A stretch of DNA of 64,000 nucleotides from Amoebophrya sp. A120 (lineage: Eukaryota; Protista; Dinoflagellata): contig CAJINV010000007.1 of assembly GCA_905178155.1 (NCBI GenBank), positions 3,862,265 through 3,926,264 on the forward strand, written 5' to 3'. The position numbers were made by a program, and so were the translations under genes. Positions within the stretch are counted from its first letter, which is position 1. Each line of letters begins with the position of its first letter. Shown piece by piece: positions 24,841 through 36,800 of this stretch. The notes under the pieces were generated by a model. That model searched no databases. It was not told where the DNA came from and worked only from the letters and a program-made list of their open reading frames with translations.

Positions 24841-26384
24841 ATGGCGCAGCAAGTGCCGGAGCCTTCGTCCCCATCCGGTATGTGGACTCCGAAGGGATCC
24901 GGAAAAATGAGCCCGCCAGGTGGGGGCAGCAAGAGTCCACCACTCGGTGGGACATTCTCGCCGAGGAGCGACCGGAAACCGTTTATGAAGCCGACTTACA
25001 TCTACGACGACATTCGGGTGCCAGACGGCTACGCGCAGGGAAGCAACGAACACCCGCTGGAAACGTTCTGGACTTTATCACATGTGATGTGCAGAAGCAT
25101 CAAAATGTGACCACCTATCCAGCTGCTCCATCTGCAGATTGTTGCCATGCATGACAGGCGGATTGTTCTGCGTATTTCTTCTAGGTAGATGTTGTCTAGA
25201 TTGACGTAATCATTTTGTCACCTATGTATTCATCTCGCCATGCCCGTTGCATAGTACTGCCGTTGGATAGTACTGTACTGGCACTACCTAAGTCTTTGGC
25301 TGCTGGATGGTACTAAAACTCATTTAGCTTTTGTTCATAGCATACTGTTTTTGGTACGACCAGGGCGGTGCACGGAACAAGGCGAAGAAGAAGAAAAACA
25401 AGCGGGACCATAGTTTATCCCCGACTCTGCACGCGACGTCCTCGAGCGCCACCGCGGAAACAACAACGGGCAGCGAGAAACGCCTGTCCGCCGCGGAAAA
25501 GGAACAGCTAACGACCAAGGGCGAAGTCGAGTCGCCGGAGGATTCCGAAGAGTCCGTCCCGATTTCCCCAAAGACCTTGGGGGAGGAAAAGAACGACAAG
25601 GAGATGTTTTTGACGCAGTTGAAGGAGCTGTGCACCGTAGGAACCGTGGAGGAGTTCACGCGGTGTTTGGCGTACCTGAAAGGCCCGAACCAACTGCCGA
25701 AAAACAAAAACGTGTATTTGTTCCGGAAGGGGTTCATTCCCGCCTGGGAACACCACCCGGACGGGGGCTGCTGGATTATCCGAGTTGCCAAGGACTGGAC
25801 CGCGGTAGGATTTTTGTTTCTTCTCGTGACCCATTATATCAGTTCACCGCTCGCGTTTTTTTGGAAATTTTCATTGTTCCACATGAACATGCCGACGATG
25901 GATCACAAGTGCAAAAACTTTCGGTGAAATAATGTTGTGGTACACATGATGTACTACTTAGCATGATCCGCTAGAGACTAGCTGCAAATGCTTCCACTCG
26001 TCCTCTTCATCTCCTATATCACAACAACTACAGGTCGACGCGCTGAATAGCAAGAAGAAAAAGAACCCGAAGGTCGAGCCCAAGCTGCCCCCAGAACCCT
26101 CCAAGGTCGCGGAAAAAATGTGGATTCGGCTGCTGCTGTGCGCCATCGGGGAAGAGTGGAATTTGCCCGACGTCGTCGGAATCGTTCTGTCGACGCGCGG
26201 GGGCACGGACGCCCTGTCCGTGTGGAACAAAACGGCGGGTTTGAAGATGGTGGTCGGCGATCGACTGACGTACACCCTGGAACTCCCAGACACGACGCTG
26301 CTGCAGTACAAGGAACACAAAAAATCGCTCCAGGACTTGTCAACCTTTAGAAACGCGGAGGAGTTCGTATTTTTACCGCCGTGA
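24841..26384 (+). CDS. eIF4E-family cap-binding protein (3 exons)
   Basis: HPLETFWTFWYD, YLFRKGFIPAWE, GGCWII, WIRLLLCAIGE, LSVWN. Introns ~25075-25348 (non-canonical) and 25805-26033 (GT-AG). Confidence 0.9.
25076..25344. mobile_element. Highly decayed introner
   Basis: TATC...CATA ends. Removing the element plus 5 nt restores the conserved WTFWY motif. Flanks GACTT/CTGTT. Confidence 0.55.
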
Positions 26385-27160
26385 TTCTTGTAGGAACAAC
26401 CTAGGACAGCATCTGCGATTTTTCATGGTCGCAGGAGCGGGAGCCGGGTTTAAATTAGTAGAATATAATAAAATTCAAAATTGTGAAAAAAATATTTTTG
26501 ATTGATGCTGTTGCTGTCTAACTATCTATGGCACACCAGACGAATTCGAGTGCGAGTCTTGTGACAAAGATAATGACGCAAGCCGTTTTTACACGGACTG
26601 AACTTCTCCGGACGCGACGGACCAACCTCCGTCTTTGGCGATACTATCCAAAACACAGTTTTTCAATCCAGAATTCCATATGAAATTAGCACATCACCCG
26701 TTTTAGTCAACCCATCAGAGGTGTCAGCTCATTCATTGACAAAGAAAAAGAGAAACGCAAAAACTGCCACGAGGCAATTTCACTTCATCTGGATCTGTTC
26801 CCACCGTCGAAGAATTTGAACCGCGATCGCCTCTCTCCGTTCTTTTGTTGTTGCCTGTTCCTTTTTTTGCAACAGCCGCATGAAGAAGAAGTAAGCTGCA
26901 AAATTTTTTCAATCATGTAAGCCTAAGCATGGTACTCGTGGTGATCAGTATCGACGCAGCTAGAGATCACAAATTTCTATTATTGAGGTAAAGGCAAAAA
27001 CCTTATCCTTCGATAGGACGATTAGGACGAATTCCGTGAATATTGGTTTTCCGTTTATGGGAATATTTCTTGCGGTAAACGTTTCCGTGAATAGTTTGAA
27101 GCTGCCCTTTGATATTGCAATATTTTCGGTCTAATTTTTTGTCTCCCAGCAAATGGCACC

Positions 27161-28456
27161 ATGCCGAAGCTCCAAGGCGTACTAAAAAAGGCTGCGAAGA
27201 AAAACGCGCAGGAAAAAAGCTCGAGCAATTCGCAGGAAAAAAGCGTGAAAAAGCGGGAGCAGCGGGGGGCCTCGACAGGGAAAAGCAACTCCAACAAGCG
27301 AATTAAGCCTGCTACAAAGATCGCGATCGCGAGGAAGGAAATCGCGCAGCCGAAAGCCAAAGTGGCGAAGAATCCTCGCCTGCCAGCTAACAAGGCAACG
27401 AAAGCAGCTGCAACGGCATCGCTCAAGAAGAAAGCCAGTAAAAGGACCACGACGAGCGGATCATCACCGTCTCTGAAGACAAAAAAATCAAAGATGGCGA
27501 GCAGCAAAGATGAAGCGCGACCTGCCTCTTCAAGCACGGCCGCCGGTGACCGGCGAGCGCAAGCAGACCCGCCTTCTTCGTCTAGCGCCAATGCAGGAAC
27601 GAAGCAGCCCCTGCTTGGTGCAAAAATGATTCCAGAAACCGCAAGCGCGAAAAGAATTTTGCTTCTCACTGGGTCTCCCGGGGTCGGGAAATCCACGATG
27701 CTCCAAAACGTGGGTGCTGCACTCTCCACAAAGGGCTTCCAAGTTTTCGGCTTCTACTCTGCGGAAATGCGAGACGGTTCCGGCGGTCGGAATGGTTTCG
27801 AAATGATCTCCTTGACCAACCGTCGGAAGAAATGCTGCCTAGCAGACGTCGGCAGCGGGACCGCGACCGCTCCATTTGAAACTGGAAACTCTGCCGCGGC
27901 AGCTGCCAGTGCTTCTACTACTTCGGACCGAAAAATGTTTCCGAGAGTTGGGAAATACCGAGTCCATTTGCAAGAGTTCGAGGATTTCGCGATGGAATGC
28001 TTTGAGGAATTTTGGAACACTAAGGTCGTCAGAAGTGGTAAAAACAAGGGAACAAAATCTATTTCCAGTGGTGAGAAGGCGATTTTTCTTCTGGACGAAA
28101 TTGGCAAGATGGAATCCTTCTCAGACAAGTTTAACGAGCAAGTGCAGAAGCTCCTCTCTGCTGACAACGTGCTGCTCCTCGCGACCGTGAGCCAGAAGGG
28201 AACTGGGATTATGGAACAAACGAGAAGCTGTCCGGGTGCGCACCTGCACGTCTTGTCCAGAGAGAAGAGGGAACTCACAGCGCCGGTTTGCCAAAGCGCA
28301 ATCGTCGAGCACTTTGTGAATCTCGTAGGTGGTGGGGGTGGCGATAATTATAGTAGTTTTGCCGCCCTCGGAATGGACGTTGACGAGGAGCAAGCTAAAA
28401 AAGAACCTGCTGCTGCAGCAGGCCGCACGAAACGCTGGGGGAAAAAGGCAACATAG
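27161..28456 (+). CDS. NTPCR: NTPCR/THEP1-like nucleoside triphosphatase, intronless, with basic N-terminal extension
   Basis: LLTGSPGVGKST, GFYSAEMR, RNGF, RVGKYRV, LLDEIGKME, LLATV. Confidence 0.88.
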   Translation: MPKLQGVLKKAAKKNAQEKSSSNSQEKSVKKREQRGASTGKSNSNKRIKPATKIAIARKEIAQPKAKVAKNPRLPANKATKAAATASLKKKASKRTTTSGSSPSLKTKKSKMASSKDEARPASSSTAAGDRRAQADPPSSSSANAGTKQPLLGAKMIPETASAKRILLLTGSPGVGKSTMLQNVGAALSTKGFQVFGFYSAEMRDGSGGRNGFEMISLTNRRKKCCLADVGSGTATAPFETGNSAAAAASASTTSDRKMFPRVGKYRVHLQEFEDFAMECFEEFWNTKVVRSGKNKGTKSISSGEKAIFLLDEIGKMESFSDKFNEQVQKLLSADNVLLLATVSQKGTGIMEQTRSCPGAHLHVLSREKRELTAPVCQSAIVEHFVNLVGGGGGDNYSSFAALGMDVDEEQAKKEPAAAAGRTKRWGKKAT

Positions 28457-29384
28457 CGCAAGAAAGCATGAACCCCGATCAGATTTGAATACTCGCTCTC
28501 TCAAAATAAACAAGTTCATCACGACGAGTTACAGCTCCGAGCAGAGGCAAATATTAGAGAAGATCAGCATACAAATGCGATGGCGCTGAACCGGCGCGGC
28601 GGTAGAATAGTTCTACTTACAAGAAGAAGTCGCGTTCTTTTGTCAGGTTTTTTCCGACTGCGCGGGTGTTGATCGTGATCGTTTTTTCACACCAAAAAAT
28701 CCAGTTTTGATGTGTTGCTCTTTTCGTCAAGATCATGATCGAGATCATCATCGTCATAGTAAATAGAATATCCAGCGACCGCCTCCGCCCGTTTGGTCGA
28801 TCGTGGTTCTACAATTTTTTCTTTCTCGATTCCCACGCGGCGGCGAAAAATTGCAAATAAATTCGTGGTAGTTGTTCTTTTGAAACCTTCTTCGAAACAA
28901 AATTCGTGAAGATGATGATCGCACAGAAGTGTTTTCCTTTTCATTCATTGTGGTTAGCGATAAAAAAAAAATCGTGGCTCTTGTTCGTTGGACAACACTT
29001 CGTAAACTACTAGCTAGTAGCATTTTTCCAGCTATTAAGCGTGCGGATTTGAATGCTAATTCGAATTGTTCTTCCCGTGGTCGTGGATGCGTCCGCTGAG
29101 TAGAACTTCTGGATTTCTACTTTCGAAAATTCAATATCGATTTGCGTCAGGTGTGTCGTAGTAATGACTTCTTTCAAACGACAAACAAACGTAGTTTTAC
29201 CTTTTAATTCCATTCCGTCCGATAGATAGATAGCGCGAACGCTAGACAGAACCTCTATACAGGCATAACTCGTGTTTTAGTGTTTTGTTCCTGAAAAAGC
29301 AACCTAGCAGTTTCGACCATAAAAAGAGACCGTTTTGGCGAAACATCAACATCATTTCACGTCTGTTTATTGAGAAGCATCAAA

Positions 29385-31781
29385 ATGACACCAGGACCAA
29401 CAACTACAAGGAATGGTGGACTCGCGCTCGCCGCTAGTACAACCCCAGCATTGTTCTATTGGTTTCTTACAATTAGCAGTTTGACCGCCCCGCCTTCAGT
29501 AGTCCACGCCGCTCCGCATCTGGGCAGCAGCAGTAGCAGTTCCTCGTCTCCCCGTTTCATCGAGGCCGTGGTGATTGACGCAAATGAAGAAGAGGCTCAC
29601 GCCGCTGAAAATGAAACACGGACCAGTGGCACTCATAGCCGACGGAGGAGGTCGTCGAGCAGCGCCCGTCGCAGCTCGATCGGATCGAAGGCGTCTTCGG
29701 GGTCCTCTGGATCTACTGGCACTGCCTCCACCTCGACAGCATCATCCTCCTCGTCCAGCGTTTTCAGTACAACTCGGCTCTTGTTCCGCCGCCCAAGCAG
29801 CGTCTTTTCTGGAATGGTGTCCGCAGTTACCTCTAGCGGTTGCGGTTCCCATCTCGTAGTTCGGAAGCACGGGTCGGCTCGGAAAAGCAGTAAGAGCAGT
29901 TGTACTAGTAGCGATGAAGGCAGTGAAAGTCGTGAGCACCAGCCTGGTAGTGCAGCTTCGTCAAGCGCTGATCATGGTGCCACCAGTGCTGCTGGAATAT
30001 TAGGGATGGCCAGAAATCATAATACGGTGGATGATCATCAGCATGGCGATCATTCGCCAGCTCCTTCGACGAGAGCAGCTTCATTGTCCAGCATGATGAG
30101 TCTGTCCGAATTTGAAGAAGCAGAATTACAAGAAGTAGATCAAGACGTCCACGTAGAGATGGAACAAGAGTCTGATGTTGATGGTGATCATCAACACGCC
30201 GCCCCAATGGAGCTGGGAAACGTCGAAGGTATTTCTTCGACGGAAATATCATGCCCATGCGCCGGATCTTCTACTTCAGCCCCACCGTGTGTCGGTCAGT
30301 CAAGTACTGGCGCTTTCAATTATTCTTGGATGTTGAGGAAAAACACATCCGGTGCGACGAACAAGATGAAGCAGCCGGATGCCCGTACATTGGTCCGACA
30401 GGAATTTGACGAGTGCGCAGGCGTCGAAGAAGTTTTCGAGAAGAGGGCCAATCAGGATTACTACCTGGAGTTTCTAGCTCTGAAGAGGCTGCTATACAAG
30501 TACCGGCTGAACGGCCGAAAAATTTGGAGCGACGAGCTTGCATATTTGACCAGGCCGACAATATCCAACTGTCGCGAAAAGAAGTCCTATAAATCGTATT
30601 CTACTGCTACGCCAAAAATAAAGCCTAAGCCGCGACGTGGTCGGGTTTGGAAAAACTACAAGCAAGAGTCTTTCCAGCGTTGCTTTTGATGTATGCAGAT
30701 AGAACTCAGTTCGCAACGTTGCAAAATTAGCACCATGTGACACTCAGGATCAACACGAACACACTAGGCGAAGTATCTTGTTGAGCTACGTATAGATATG
30801 TCTTTTCGCCTGCATAGTCGCTTTCGATGAACTTTGAGGATCACTTTCAAGATTTCGACATTTGGACGACCTCGCGCCACTCCGGCGAGTTTGGAGAGTC
30901 AAAGGAAGCGATCAAAATCAAATCGGGCCTCAGCGCGGCACAGAGTCCCCGCAAAAATCCGGCGGTTGTCAGGGACAAGGCGTTTGCGAAAGCAGTGTCG
31001 GGGGATTGGTTCCTGAAGCTGACTCCGGAGCAGAAAGAGCAGGTGTTGGAGTTTCTCAAAACGAAGTGGCAACCAGCGCGGTTTGTTTCTCAAAAGAGCC
31101 TGGCGCAAACCTACGTGGCGGGCGTGGAGAGTAATTTTTTATCCAACAGACGGAACGCATAAGTGTCGTGTATTTCTCCAACATCGCGATGTAAGTAAGT
31201 AAGTAGGTACGAAGATGATAAGAAGATCGGGACTGTGCCTCACGCTGCACCCGTCTCAAATGATTTTGATCACAGGACGGTAGATCGATTCTGATTCATG
31301 AAGCGAGCCAGGAATAATCACAAGAACGCAACACATCTGCTACAGCATGTTGTGTCAAGTAGATGAATTTCGATAATTTGTCTTCGTACAAACGCATGCG
31401 CGATTGTGAAATTAGTAGCTAGAAGTTCTTGTGTCAACATATTGCAGCTTTTGCGTTCTTGCATAGTTGAAGGTGAAACCGAAAATGTTCCTGCACAAAT
31501 CTGGTGACCTGTCGGGCAAGATCGCGGAGTTCCAACCTCCCGCACCGATGCCGTGTCTGTTCCGGGAATTGTACACTAAAGTGAAAAAGGCGAACGTGTA
31601 CTACCAGGACGCGCTGTTTTTCCAAGCCCGGAGGATCTACCGGCACCCGCAGGCCAGGATCCGGCAGCACCCGCGAAGACTGAAATTCTGCGAAATTGTA
31701 AACCTCGTGAAAGAAGAAATGGAGGCCATTCTGAAGCTTGGGAGCAAAATCCAGGAAAAAGCGCTGAACCGGATAGGATAG
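29385..31781 (+). CDS. Hypothetical multi-exon protein with N-terminal hydrophobic segment and Ser-rich region
   Basis: ORFs 29370-30689, 30827-31162 and 31467-31781 have coding-like GC3 blocks. Junctions only partly resolved. Confidence 0.5.
30692..30816. mobile_element. Introner-like insert with 13-bp imperfect flanking duplication
   Basis: TATGCAG...CTGCATA flanked by GTTGCTTTTGATG / GTCGCTTTCGATG. Confidence 0.6.
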
Positions 31782-33834
31782 CGGAAATGCGTTTTTTTTA
31801 AAGCTTCGTTTGTCCTCTACTTCAGCTTCACGACTGGCACTTCCACTTCCGGTCGTGCGAATACTTGTCACGAGCGCGGCTCTTTGGCAAGTTCCTACAT
31901 GCATGTGCAACGGCAGCGAGCTTATGATTATGTTGTTTTTCATGAAATAGAAATAATTTTGTTTGCAGATTTTCAGTATATCTGAACTGCAACTGTAGAT
32001 ATCGACGAGCGGAAGTGAGGGTTAGTTCGTCGCGCTGAAGAGAACCGACAGACACGAAGCGTCTACTTTTTCCTCATCGATAGCCGAGTGCGGAGCTGAA
32101 TGGGGCAGACGCGAAATGGATTGAACCACCACCGTGGAACCAGAACAGGTTCCTTTTTGGACTCTTTTGAGGAACAAATCGGCTGCAAGAAGAAGTTATT
32201 ACGCTGTTGCTCTGCTCTTGTATCTGAAATGAACTGCTGCAAGATTTTAGAAGTATTAGACGAGTCGTCTTCGTCTCGATGTCACGACCGCCGTCATTGT
32301 AAGCAGGTATAACCGAAGGACGTCCGAGAGCAGATAGGTCCGGGGACTTTACATGTACCAGACAAAACAAACCTGCAGGTGGTCTCTTGTGCGGCACGCG
32401 GACAATCATCAATAGGAATACTTATTTAAATGCATTCGCAGATTTTTTCCGCCTAAAAAATAGAAAAATCAGAACACAGAACAAGAGCTTCACATAAGAA
32501 GTCGCGCCAGAAGAGCTCGATCTTGAGAAAGCTCAAAGCTGGCGTGAGGTCGACACGGGGCTACTAGTGCGAGCTGGTTTCAACAGGTCTCTGATGTTGT
32601 TAGATTAGATATCCATATCGTTTCAATAGAAAGAGAACTACACTATTTTTGCGTCGGAAAGTGCGCTGCTTGTCCTACACATTAATATACCAGCGGCACT
32701 TTACGTCGCTATCCTAATATGCTATCTATCGCTATATTATGGTTTCGTATAGAGGACGAAGAATTTATCTCTCGAGTAGTATCTATGTACTCATCTTCTT
32801 TTCTTGACTTTTTGCACATTCTGTATCCGTTGTATATGCTGACAAAGGAAAAAATGAAAAATGAGATCCCTTGAATTGTAACGTCTAACCAGTTGATAGC
32901 ACCTACCATGTGAGGCGAAGGAGAGGAACCTAGGAGCTGCTTGGTGATGATGTGATGTTCCCCGGCCTTTATTTTTTTACCAGGCACGCAAAATCAGAAC
33001 AATGATCCAGGCAGGTTCGGATTGAGAACGATGATCCAGGCAGGTTCGGATGTCTTCACCGGCAGGAACCTGAAGAGGACCAACTCTTTTGGCACACAAG
33101 AATCAACATCCCTCGTGCGAAAGTCATGGCGATGGAAAAATGTGAGTGTGCTGGCAAAATAGATACTAGTGCTGCGGTTATTACTTGCGCTTTTCTCCTT
33201 CTTCGTGCAGGACCGCCATTCCGGGTCCCTTGGTCTTGGTGCACAGAGCAGAATTGATTTCGCATGAAACGATGGAAGTTGATGATTGATCATCATCGAT
33301 CAGTCCGACTGAGTCGTGGAGTAGCTCCACCTTCGATTTCGTTTGCCGTCTCCTTTATGTCGATTTCACAAGCAGAAGATCAAGATCTCCGGTGCTTTTC
33401 AATATATCAAGAAGTTAGTCGTGGTGCAGCGAGCTCTCGATCACCCTCTAATGTATGATGAAGATGGTTCACCCTCATCTCACGTACACGTTGGAGATAG
33501 TTGCGCCGGCGTTCTGCCGATTCCAAGATCTTCTCGCGGTCGTAAACAAACCAAGCACTTCATTTTTGTTTATTGTGGTCGGTGTGCTGTCTCTGTCAAC
33601 ATCCCGAGCGTTCAAATTTTAAATCACCACCGTCAGGCTACACGTCCTTATCTCCTCGTATATTTATCGACTTCATCATTCCAAATTTTTGTTGCGTTTT
33701 GTTGTGGTCTACATCTAGTTCTAGTCTTGTCTATTACGTGGAGTATATGCCATCTAGTACGTAATTTTATTTTATACCATTGGCGTCCCTGGGGCCATCT
33801 ACGGTTGTGTTGTGAGGCCAGCACAACTTCTTGA

Positions 33835-36800
33835 ATGCTAGTACTCTCTTCTTCATCTTCCGAAAAGATCATGCGGCCGCACAGGAGCGGTTGGGCGACC
33901 ACTCACGCGTACCGCTTCCGCCCAAGCAGTAGGACGAGGACCAAGTCGCTCTCTCAGCACTTCGGAGGAGCAGGCTTATTTGTTGCGGTCCTTGGTGTTT
34001 GCGAGTTGCTACTTTTACTTTTTGCAAACGAGAACGTGTTCTTCACATTCACAAGTAAGTACTTTGCGCCTTCAGCCCCGACGTCGACAACCTCGTCCCT
34101 TCTCGGCGTCGGCTCATCTACTTTTTATTTGCCGTTGGGAGGTCAAGGTCTGAACATTTTCGCCCAGGCGGCTGCTCCTGCCGAAGGACGACCCGATAAT
34201 GCGGACGAGGATGATGAAAACCAAAACTACACTGCCAGCGCTGACAAAAAAGAAGAACGACCTCCCGGAGCGGCGGCCGCAACTGCAGCTCGTGCCACAG
34301 GAGGTGGTGGACCAGGAGTATCTACTTCTTGCCCGCCCCCCGCAGAAGAACAACTCCTGAAGCCCGGAGACTACGTCGAGATTCACGGTCTGACCGGAAC
34401 TAAACACGAGGTGTTGAACGGGAAAAAAGGCCTGATCATGTTCCCCGCTGAGCTTTTACTTGACACCGGCGACACCTTTCTGAAGAAGCTACTTCGTGAT
34501 CGGAAGCGTGAGGAGGTGGCGAGAGAAATACAGCAAACAGCTCAGACTCCGGAAAAATCGGGTTCTACCAGTTCGCGTGATCTTCTCCTCGGTGGTGCAG
34601 GTGCTCCAGCAGCATCAACATCATTTTCATCCTCTCTGCAACAACATCGGCCGTCCTTTCTACCAGAAGGGGTTTTTCCATCAACCTCTCTACCAGCCAC
34701 GGCTTCTGGTAGTTTCGAGCCGCGGAGCCGTCGTGGAGATGATGCGGAGAAAGACGAAAATACACCTTGTGCTGAATATCCTGTGTAAAAATGTATGACC
34801 GGGCAGTAGAAGTCTAGCGAGCCTGTGAGTCTAGGCTGAGGCTGGTCGGTCGGTATTTTATACAGACCCTAGCCCTTCGGCCATTGGTAGCCAGGACCTG
34901 AGAACGTTCCCCCAATTAAGAGACGGCAAGCCATTTCGCTTGTAAGATTCTATTTCCGTCTGTATCTCTATTATTCTCAGGTCCCAGGGAGTCACGCCCC
35001 TGCCATGGTAGTGAAGAGTATTATTGTCTGGCGAGACGGGGTTGAAATTAAACCCCGGCCAGACTTTATTTTCCGCCCCGGTGACCCGTTTCGGTCACTG
35101 ATTAGGGGCTTTATTTTATCTGGTGAGACAGGGTTGAGATTAAACCCTGGCCAGATGGTTATGTTGGTTTTGTCCGGTGAGACGGGGTTGAAATTAGACC
35201 CCGGCTGGACCTTTTATTGCGAGCCCTGACCCATTTCGGTCAGCGATTCTGGCTCCGCTTTTTCTGGTGAGACGGGGTTGGAATTATACCCCGGCCAGAC
35301 ATATTATTTTCCGCCCCGGTGACCCGTTTCGGTCACTGATTCCGGGCTTTGTTTTATCTGGTGAGACAGGGTTGAGATTAAACCCTGGCCAGATGTTTTA
35401 TTGAGATTGTCCGGTGAGACAGGGTTACGATGGAACCCTGGCCGGATGGTTTGACAGCTAGCCCTGACCCATTTCGGTCAGAGATTCTGGCTTTGCTTTG
35501 TCTGGTGAGGTGGGGTTGAAATTACACCCCGGCTGGACTTATGATTTTCCGCGGTCAATCTCAATGACCTTGGTTGTTTTTATCCTGACCTTTCTCGGCT
35601 GTTTGGCACTGGCGGTAAACGGGCTCCGAGCCCAATCCGTTACCCTTGCAGAGGGGGAGACTGGGATAAGAAAAGCCGGGGGCTTGTTGTATTCCGTTGG
35701 GGTTTTTGAGCTCCCATAGGGCTTTTTGTGTCTGGCCTTTGCCAATTTTACGTTGCGAGAAAGGTCACGGATAAAACGACCAAGGTCGGTGCTATTTAGC
35801 GTCTTTGGCGCCATTGCTTGCGCGCTGTTTTGAGGCTGCTGCGGATTTTCGTTATATCGCCTGCCTTGCAGGCTGAGGGAAACCTCCGGTCCCACATTAC
35901 GTAGCTCGCTGTGTTTTTTTTTTGGGCTTGGACTTATATTGCTTTCCCGCCTTCCAGGGCTCCGCGGCCTTTTCGATGGGGCATGTTGTCCCCCAAATTC
36001 ATCGCTGGGTCGCTTCGCTTCCTGCGGGTTCTTTGGGGTTGCTTCGGCGCGTGGCTCCTTCGGCGGTGGCGGGGTGCCCCATCGCGGGCGCTCATGCCCT
36101 TCCGGTGAAGACGGCTTCCCACTGGAAGCCTACGATCATCCAAAGGATGATCTATCTCTGGCTGATTCTGTATAAAATGTATGACCGGGCAGTAGAAGTC
36201 TAGCGAGCCTGTGAGTCTAGGCTGAGGCTGGTCGGTCGGTATTTTATACAGACCCTAGCCCTTCGGCCATTGGTAGCCAGGACCTGAGAACGTTCCCCCA
36301 ATTAAGAGACGGCAAGCCATTTCGCTTGTGAGATTTGCCCACCCACCCGCCCTGGTGATTTTCTGTTGTCAGAGCATAGGTCATGAGGCTTCGAGCCGCT
36401 TCGCTTTTCGCGGGGCTGGACAGAGGCCTACGACGTCTTCGCGTCGGTTGTGGCGGGGTGCCCCATCGCGGGCGCTCATGCCCTTCCGGTGAAGACGGCT
36501 TCCCACTGGAAGCCTACGATCATCCAAAGGATGATCTATCTCTGGCTGAATCTGTATAAAATGAACAGAACGACGACGTCCCCGCGGATCCATATATAAA
36601 GATGCGAACTCCTTCAACTTCTTCTTTGCAGCACAATTCAACAAGTTTTGGCTGTTGCGCATGACAAACTTAGGGTCGCATTGTGGTCGTGTTTGACTAG
36701 TAGGGCAGCCACACAGCATTGCGATCATGATCATCTTACTCGGATTCTACCAGCATTGCGTCACTAGATTCAAAAGCATATACAACTGGAAAACGTTTCT

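Noticed and set aside
33002-33051. Tandem ATGATCCAGGCAGGTTCGGAT duplication (also a ~30-bp duplication near 20908-20957)
   Set aside because: Two-copy local slippage with no further structure.
35027-35538. CRISPR array
   Set aside because: The 'spacers' are themselves repeated and alternate in length, the repeats vary, the context is eukaryotic and there are no cas genes.
36066-36260. Hammerhead or HDV ribozyme in the terminal repeats
   Set aside because: Hairpins are present, but I could not find CUGAnGA/GAAA cores or an HDV pseudoknot by eye.
34788-36329. Ordinary LTR/TRIM element bounded by the two A repeats
   Set aside because: This does not explain B1/B2. There are no TG..CA ends, PBS or TSD around the A pair, and the split-repeat model fits both junctions.
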